A stretch of 64,000 nt of DNA from positions 1 through 64,000 of IMG/VR virus record IMGVR_UViG_3300017716_002595, one strand, 5' to 3'. Both the position numbers and the translations under genes were made by a program. Below the pieces are notes generated by a model. That model saw only the letters and a list, made by a program, of their open reading frames with translations. It did not search any database and was not told where the DNA came from. This document shows positions 58,638 to 64,000 of this stretch, one piece after another (within the stretch, counting starts at the first letter, position 1; each line of letters begins with the position of its first letter). The DNA is from a virus.

Positions 58638-58865
58638 ATGACAAAAAGAACAAAAACCAAACAATTGAACAGAACAGCTAAATTAGCTTTCTACATGGCT
58701 CGTCAACAAAAAGGTGACAACACTACTTTAGCAGAACAAACAGGATTTACTCCTAGCTTTGTTAGTTATGTTAAAAGAGGACAAAGAAGAATAAATGAAA
58801 CATTAGCAACTGCTATGTATGATTTATCTAAAAAAAGAGTAAAAAACAGTGTTTTAAGCGCATAG
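58638..58865 (+). CDS. Small HTH (XRE-like) DNA-binding protein
   Basis: NTTLAEQTGFTPSFVSYVKRGQRRIN. Confidence 0.6.
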   Translation: MTKRTKTKQLNRTAKLAFYMARQQKGDNTTLAEQTGFTPSFVSYVKRGQRRINETLATAMYDLSKKRVKNSVLSA

Positions 58866-58867
58866 TT

Positions 58868-59056
58868 ATGGGACACCACTTAATCGATGATGCTTTAGAA
58901 AATCAAGAACAATTAGAATTAGTTTCTTATAGTGAAGAATTAGGTATGATTGATTATGTTAAAGTATCATACCATACTATCTTAACTACTCCTAACGATG
59001 CTGAATTAGGAGAATTAGTGAGAAATACATTACACAAATTGCAAAAAAATAGATAA
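58868..59056 (+). CDS. Hypothetical protein
   Basis: ILTTPNDAELGELVR; AGTTATG start. Confidence 0.6.
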   Translation: MGHHLIDDALENQEQLELVSYSEELGMIDYVKVSYHTILTTPNDAELGELVRNTLHKLQKNR

Positions 59057-59074
59057 ATTTTTATATTTATCGAT

Positions 59075-60349
59075 ATGAAACTTGGTCTGCAACATATCAA
59101 AAAATGGTTATACCCCCTTATTCTCACTATAGGGGGTATTTTTTTGTCCTATGGACAAAATTTTACATACTCTGGCTACATTTATGGAACCAAAGAAATA
59201 GGAGTACAAGGGATAGCAGTAAAATTATTCACTAGAACATCAGGTAATTCAGCTGTAACAGCAGGATCAGAACAATTCGGTGTTACTAATGGATCTACAT
59301 TTCTAGCTCGAAATGTATTTAATGCCTCTCCAAACAACAGTACAACCTATAACTATATTACTACAAACGCTTTTATAGTAACTACTGCTGCTGGATCAGC
59401 AACAATAGCTCCATTTTCATCAAACATACCTGCTAATAGAAATAGAGGAACATCTGTATTGTATTCTTCTCAAGCAGATGAAGCTTCAGTAGCTATAACA
59501 CTCCCTGCAGGATTTACAACTTCTTTCTTAGGAAGCACTTATTCAAGTGGACACGTAAATGCAAACTCTTGGTTTACTTTTGGAACGGCAAATAGTAGTG
59601 GGTATCAAGGAAATGCAACAAACCCACCAGCGCCTACAATTCACATAGGATCCGTTGATAATAGTTTTTCGGATAATAATATGACGTTTGTATCAACTGA
59701 AGCATATACTGATCCTTTTTGGGGAGATGTATTTAGAGTGAGATATGAAGGTAATTCAAAATATACCCAATCAGGAGTTGATACTATTTGGGATTTATAT
59801 TTTGTAAAAAATCAGCCTAATATAAAATTAGTAGTTTGGAGACAATTCGTAACAGATGGTTCTAGTACAAGTATATCAGGAACACCCGCAGGACCTTGGA
59901 CTTTAAACACAACATCTACAACAAACACATCAGGGTATTATAATTTTAATACTGCGTTAAGCACAACATCAAATGAGTTTTATATTCAAATAGATACACC
60001 AACATTAACTAACGCATTAGCTGTATTAGATGCTACTGATAGTAATAATAAAGTATTAAATGGTGGATTAACTTCTTTAGATTATTATAGATATGATGTT
60101 AACAATACTAATAATATAACAGTATCTGATGTATATTCAATTTTTATGAGACGAAACGGAGTATTACCATCTTATAGTGGAACATTACCCGTATTAAGAA
60201 TATTTACACCCGTAGAATTTAACGCTTTAAAAACATCGACTACAGATTTAAGAACAACGTATCCTGGAGTACAATCAATAACAATAAATAATCCAACATC
60301 TGGTGGAACTTCTAATTACTATATAACACGATTAGGGTATAGTAATTAA
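59075..60349 (+). CDS. Secreted protein: beta sandwich with inserted nidogen-like domain and C-terminal dockerin-like domain
   Basis: Signal peptide ..FLSYG/Q; DEASVAITLPAGFTTSFLGSTYSSGHVNANSWFTFG; EF-hand-like DVNNTNNITVSDV. Confidence 0.65.
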   Translation: MKLGLQHIKKWLYPLILTIGGIFLSYGQNFTYSGYIYGTKEIGVQGIAVKLFTRTSGNSAVTAGSEQFGVTNGSTFLARNVFNASPNNSTTYNYITTNAFIVTTAAGSATIAPFSSNIPANRNRGTSVLYSSQADEASVAITLPAGFTTSFLGSTYSSGHVNANSWFTFGTANSSGYQGNATNPPAPTIHIGSVDNSFSDNNMTFVSTEAYTDPFWGDVFRVRYEGNSKYTQSGVDTIWDLYFVKNQPNIKLVVWRQFVTDGSSTSISGTPAGPWTLNTTSTTNTSGYYNFNTALSTTSNEFYIQIDTPTLTNALAVLDATDSNNKVLNGGLTSLDYYRYDVNNTNNITVSDVYSIFMRRNGVLPSYSGTLPVLRIFTPVEFNALKTSTTDLRTTYPGVQSITINNPTSGGTSNYYITRLGYSN

Positions 60350-60426
60350 CTATCATATTTATCTATAGACATGAAAGTGTAAAAACACCTGGTTTTTGAA
60401 TTAATAATTACTTAAACAAAAAAGAA

Positions 60427-61518
60427 ATGAAAAAATTACTTTTAGCTTTAAGTTTGGTTTTAGTATCATTAACAGGATTCGCACAAACTACAGCACCTGA
60501 TGCTACTAAGCCTTACTTAATCTTTGACGCTAGTTATAATCTAGCACCAATTGGAGCAACACCTACAAACGTTGCAATTTATTATGATAATGCTGGTTCT
60601 ACAGATATCAAAGCCGTACAGTACAGATTTTGGTATGACAAAAACGTATTTGATTCTCCAACAGTAACTTACACAGGAGCTGAAACAAACAACTATTTCC
60701 AAACATTAGTAAACGCTACTGAAGGAAATGTAACAGTTACATGGGTTTACACTGGAGCAAATGCTTCTTTCAACATCGCAGATGGAGAAATGTTCAACGT
60801 AGCTTTACCGTTCAAATCAGGTTACACCAATGGGACTGTAACCGCAATGGCATTTACAGGAGGAACAGCTTACCCAGCTTACGGTACTTTAGCAAATGGA
60901 ACTGATACAACATTAGGATTACAAAATTATGGTGGAGCATTTACAGAACCAGTATTTAACTATGCTGCTACATTCTTAAATTCGCCCACTAACCCAGCTG
61001 AAAATGTCCCAGTTATTTTACAAAAATCTTCAAATGGAACAACTTGGGTAGATGTAATAACTGTTAACACAGCAACTACAACAGGGGTAGCATCATTCAC
61101 AACTAACTTAGACCAAAACTACTGGCAAATTAGAGTAAAAGTAGCACCAGGTCTTACTGCACCAGATGCTTTATCTACAGCAGATGCTGACATGATGGCT
61201 CAACTTGCTACAGGATTACAAACACCAACTGGAATCCAATTCTATACTGCTAACCCTAACCAAGCAAATGGAATTACAATTTCAGATTCATATACATTAT
61301 TTTCAAGATTAGCTCAAGGTTTAACAACTTATCCAAACAATCCTGATGTATTATTCTTTACAGAAGCCCAATACACTCAAATTGCAGCTGCTTCAACAAG
61401 TTTATCAGCTACAATACCAGGAGTATCAACATTTACTTCAGCTAATATCAATAATACAACAGCTGCTAATTATTATTTATTAGTATTAGGAGACGCAAAC
61501 GGAACAGGACGTAATTAA
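60427..61518 (+). CDS. Secreted cohesin-like plus dockerin-like protein
   Basis: Signal peptide ..LTGFA/Q; IKAVQYRFWYDKNVF..DGEMFNVALP (cohesin-like); ANPNQANGITISDS and terminal LGDANG (dockerin-like). Confidence 0.65.
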   Translation: MKKLLLALSLVLVSLTGFAQTTAPDATKPYLIFDASYNLAPIGATPTNVAIYYDNAGSTDIKAVQYRFWYDKNVFDSPTVTYTGAETNNYFQTLVNATEGNVTVTWVYTGANASFNIADGEMFNVALPFKSGYTNGTVTAMAFTGGTAYPAYGTLANGTDTTLGLQNYGGAFTEPVFNYAATFLNSPTNPAENVPVILQKSSNGTTWVDVITVNTATTTGVASFTTNLDQNYWQIRVKVAPGLTAPDALSTADADMMAQLATGLQTPTGIQFYTANPNQANGITISDSYTLFSRLAQGLTTYPNNPDVLFFTEAQYTQIAAASTSLSATIPGVSTFTSANINNTTAANYYLLVLGDANGTGRN

Positions 61519-61519
61519 T

Positions 61520-62251
61520 ATGTTACGCTATATAATCATAGCACTGTTATCAATAAATTCACTATATTCTCAGGTACAATTTCAAGTACCTGGGATTACA
61601 GTGTCTCTATCTAATACTATTGATTTACCTGTAACAATTCAAACAAACGGGAATGTATTAGGGAGTTTAGAGTTTGCTTTAAATTATGATCAAAATATTC
61701 TACAATTCTCAGAAATAATCTTATCTGAAAAAGCACAAACCTGGTTAACCTATACAATGGATACCGGAAATGGAAAAGTAAGATGGGGAGGATATGATAG
61801 AACACATGGACAATATTCTATTACAAACCCTACAGAACTATTTATATTGAAGTTTACAGTACTTAATCCTAACTGGACTACAACTCCTATAACAGTAGGA
61901 AGAAAGACAGCGGGAGATGTACAAGGATGGGATATAGCTGTAACTAATACAGATGGGTATGTTAACATGAATAGAAATGCCGCTCCTTTAGATGAAGACG
62001 GTATTAATGGTAGAGCATATCCTGTACCTACAAATGATACTGTAACATTAGATTTATCTCTTCCTGTAAGTGGAGACTATAATATAATAGTCTATGACCT
62101 AAATGGTAATGTTTTACAAAACAAAAAACAACGTTTTGTAAAAGGAGATAATTTTATTCAAGAAAACTTACACCCTTACCCAAGTGGTGTCTATTTATTA
62201 CAAATAACAAATACTAAATTTGTAAAAACATTTAAAATTATAAAAAATTAA
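61520..62251 (+). CDS. Cohesin-like protein with type IX secretion C-terminal sorting domain
   Basis: Signal peptide ..LYS/Q; IDLPVTI..LGSLEFALNYDQNILQF..LFILKFTV; CTD AYPVPT..IIVYDLNG..SGVYLLQI..TFKIIKN. Confidence 0.85.
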   Translation: MLRYIIIALLSINSLYSQVQFQVPGITVSLSNTIDLPVTIQTNGNVLGSLEFALNYDQNILQFSEIILSEKAQTWLTYTMDTGNGKVRWGGYDRTHGQYSITNPTELFILKFTVLNPNWTTTPITVGRKTAGDVQGWDIAVTNTDGYVNMNRNAAPLDEDGINGRAYPVPTNDTVTLDLSLPVSGDYNIIVYDLNGNVLQNKKQRFVKGDNFIQENLHPYPSGVYLLQITNTKFVKTFKIIKN

Positions 62252-62254
62252 ACT

Positions 62255-62581
62255 ATGTCAGAAGAAACAAACAACGAAGGTGGATTATCAGGATTGAAAA
62301 AAACCATTATTGGAACTCTAACTACAGTAATCGGTGGAGCAGGTATTTGGGTATCAACAACTTTATTTGGAGGCCACCCAGAAGATAAGGAAGAACCAAA
62401 AACCGAAGTAGCAGCACCAGCTGCAGCGCCTGTTATTAATGTTAATTTGGAAAACAATAACACCAACCAACAAAAACAACAATCTAATAACTCTAATTCT
62501 AATAACGTAAAGCAACAACCAGTACCAGTACAAACAGCTCCTGCTCCTACTCCAGTTAAAAAAGAAGAAGAGTCATGGTAA
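62255..62581 (+). CDS. Single-pass membrane protein with Q/N/P-rich tail
   Basis: TM segment IIGTLTTVIGGAGIWVSTTLF; low-complexity C-terminus. Confidence 0.65.
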   Translation: MSEETNNEGGLSGLKKTIIGTLTTVIGGAGIWVSTTLFGGHPEDKEEPKTEVAAPAAAPVINVNLENNNTNQQKQQSNNSNSNNVKQQPVPVQTAPAPTPVKKEEESW

Positions 62582-63288
62582 AAAATATATTAGTATTTAT
62601 AACTTTATTTCTTAGTTTAGTATCCTATTCACAAAAAATAGGCTCTACTAAAACTGAGGAGTATAAGGCTGATTTTGAAAAGAAACAGTCTTTAGAAGTT
62701 GTATCTAATTATACCGATACTATTCAAATACCAATATCTGTATTAAAAATTGGTATTAATGCAGAATTATATGAAATGTATCCTGAATTAAAGGACGCTA
62801 GAGTAGGATTAGGTGTAGCTAACATAGTACTTGAATATTTAGAATCTACAGATAGATTTGTATTCACAGAAGATAAAGAAGAGATAAAACAAAAAATGAT
62901 TGCTCAACATAAAGCATCAGCCAAAGGAATCTCTTCAAATGAAATAGTTGTTAAAGGAAATGTAATTCTAGCAAAATACTTCGTTTACATAGAAGTATAT
63001 GATTTTAGTGTAGGTGAGGATGAAGAAATTGCAACTAACGGAATCGAAATAAAACAAAAAACAATATTAGGATTACAAGTAAGATTTGTGGATGCACAAA
63101 CTGGTGAAATAATTACTGGATCAGGATCTGGTGAAGCGGTTACAGTGAAGAAAGCTAATCTACTAGACGGAATCGACGATATAAAATTTAACCAATCAAC
63201 AATCGGAATATCTACCAAAAAGTCATTAGAAACTGCTTCTTCAAGAGTAGTAAGTAAAATGATTAAAAAGGGGATATTTCGTAGTTAA
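62575..63288 (+). CDS. CsgG/HfaB-like (curli assembly/transport-type) protein
   Basis: Signal peptide ..SYS/Q; GLGVANIVLEYLESTDRFVFTE, AKYFVYIEVYDF, LQVRFVDAQTGEIITGSG. Confidence 0.7.
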   Translation: MVKNILVFITLFLSLVSYSQKIGSTKTEEYKADFEKKQSLEVVSNYTDTIQIPISVLKIGINAELYEMYPELKDARVGLGVANIVLEYLESTDRFVFTEDKEEIKQKMIAQHKASAKGISSNEIVVKGNVILAKYFVYIEVYDFSVGEDEEIATNGIEIKQKTILGLQVRFVDAQTGEIITGSGSGEAVTVKKANLLDGIDDIKFNQSTIGISTKKSLETASSRVVSKMIKKGIFRS

Positions 63289-64000
63289 TGAAAAAATGGA
63301 TACTATTATTCTCACTATTTTCAGCCCTGACTTCTTGGAGTCAGTACACTTATACTTACAAAGACCCTTGCACTCTAGTATCAAAAAGTATTTACGTACC
63401 AGCTGGTGGAGGGGTAATGGTAAGTTACTTCGACAATCATAGCACTTTTACATCTAATGATTTTTCTTCGGGAGTATTTGACAACTGGTTAAATACAGTA
63501 TCTCAACAAAACACAAACTCACCTTGCGAATCTGTAACTACAGCTATTGTAAATGGTATAACTAACATTACCGTTGCTAATACTTTAACCATTGTTACAA
63601 ATGTAATATCTGTAACTAACATTGCACAATCAATAGCATCTGTAGGAGGATCTATGGGGGATTCTATGACAGCTACAGCAGGAGGAGTAACAAACTCTTC
63701 ACAAAATGAAGAAGGTAGTACTAACCAAAACTCAAAAGATGACAAAAAATCAAATTCAAATACATCTGCAGGAACGAATACAGGAACTGCTGGAACAAGC
63801 CCAACAGGTAACCAAAATCAAGGAGGCCAAACCAATCCTAATTCTTCTGGAGGAACACCTTCACAACCTCCATCAGGAACACCTCAACAAGGAGGAGAAA
63901 CTACAAATCCAAATCAACCAACTTCAACAGGAGGTTCAACGTCTGAGTCATCTGTAGAAGGATCAAGCGGTGGAGGAAGCAACTTAGCTAACTCTTTATC
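63288..64000 (+). CDS. Secreted protein with two-Cys N-domain and S/N/Q/G/T low-complexity region; runs off the window, not in ORF track
   Basis: TAATG coupling; MKKWILLFSLFSALTSWS/QYTYTYKDPCT..SPCES..; no stop codon before 64000. Confidence 0.75.
   Translation, partial: MKKWILLFSLFSALTSWSQYTYTYKDPCTLVSKSIYVPAGGGVMVSYFDNHSTFTSNDFSSGVFDNWLNTVSQQNTNSPCESVTTAIVNGITNITVANTLTIVTNVISVTNIAQSIASVGGSMGDSMTATAGGVTNSSQNEEGSTNQNSKDDKKSNSNTSAGTNTGTAGTSPTGNQNQGGQTNPNSSGGTPSQPPSGTPQQGGETTNPNQPTSTGGSTSESSVEGSSGGGSNLANSL

Noticed and set aside
63706-63957. 83 aa + strand ORF in the track
   Set aside because: Out-of-frame overlap with the longer signal-peptide ORF starting at 63288
1-64000. Prophage, plasmid or contractile injection system interpretation
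   Set aside because: A complete head, packaging and replication gene set with no integrase or host housekeeping genes indicates a lytic-type phage genome segment

Overview
AT-rich 64 kb segment of a large T4-related (Far-T4/RM378-like) myovirus with essentially every gene on the + strand. The host is very likely a Bacteroidota/Flavobacteriia bacterium: promoters follow TTG-N19/20-TAnATTTA, starts mostly lack a Shine-Dalgarno, signal peptides are cleaved before Gln, and one protein has a type IX secretion C-terminal domain. Gene order: accessory genes and a spanin-like pair; head module (terminase, portal, core proteins, protease, scaffold, major capsid); phoH; fibre genes including an S74-chaperone fibre and a mucin-like TPSI-repeat protein; a neck module interrupted by a 6 kb Cys-rich and trypsin-protease insertion; contractile tail and baseplate with an apparent +1/-2 frameshift before the tape measure; a replication operon (short family A polymerase, SSB, RecA, 5'-3' exonuclease, DnaB); RNR; a 7-deazaguanine cluster (queD, DpdA/TGT-like, queC); a lipoprotein and an aberrant tRNA-like RNA. 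The right end holds a late-expressed secreted-protein operon (cohesin/dockerin-like proteins, a T9SS substrate, a CsgG-like protein), which is the best candidate for an undescribed system. All calls come from motif recognition by eye; no database search was run.
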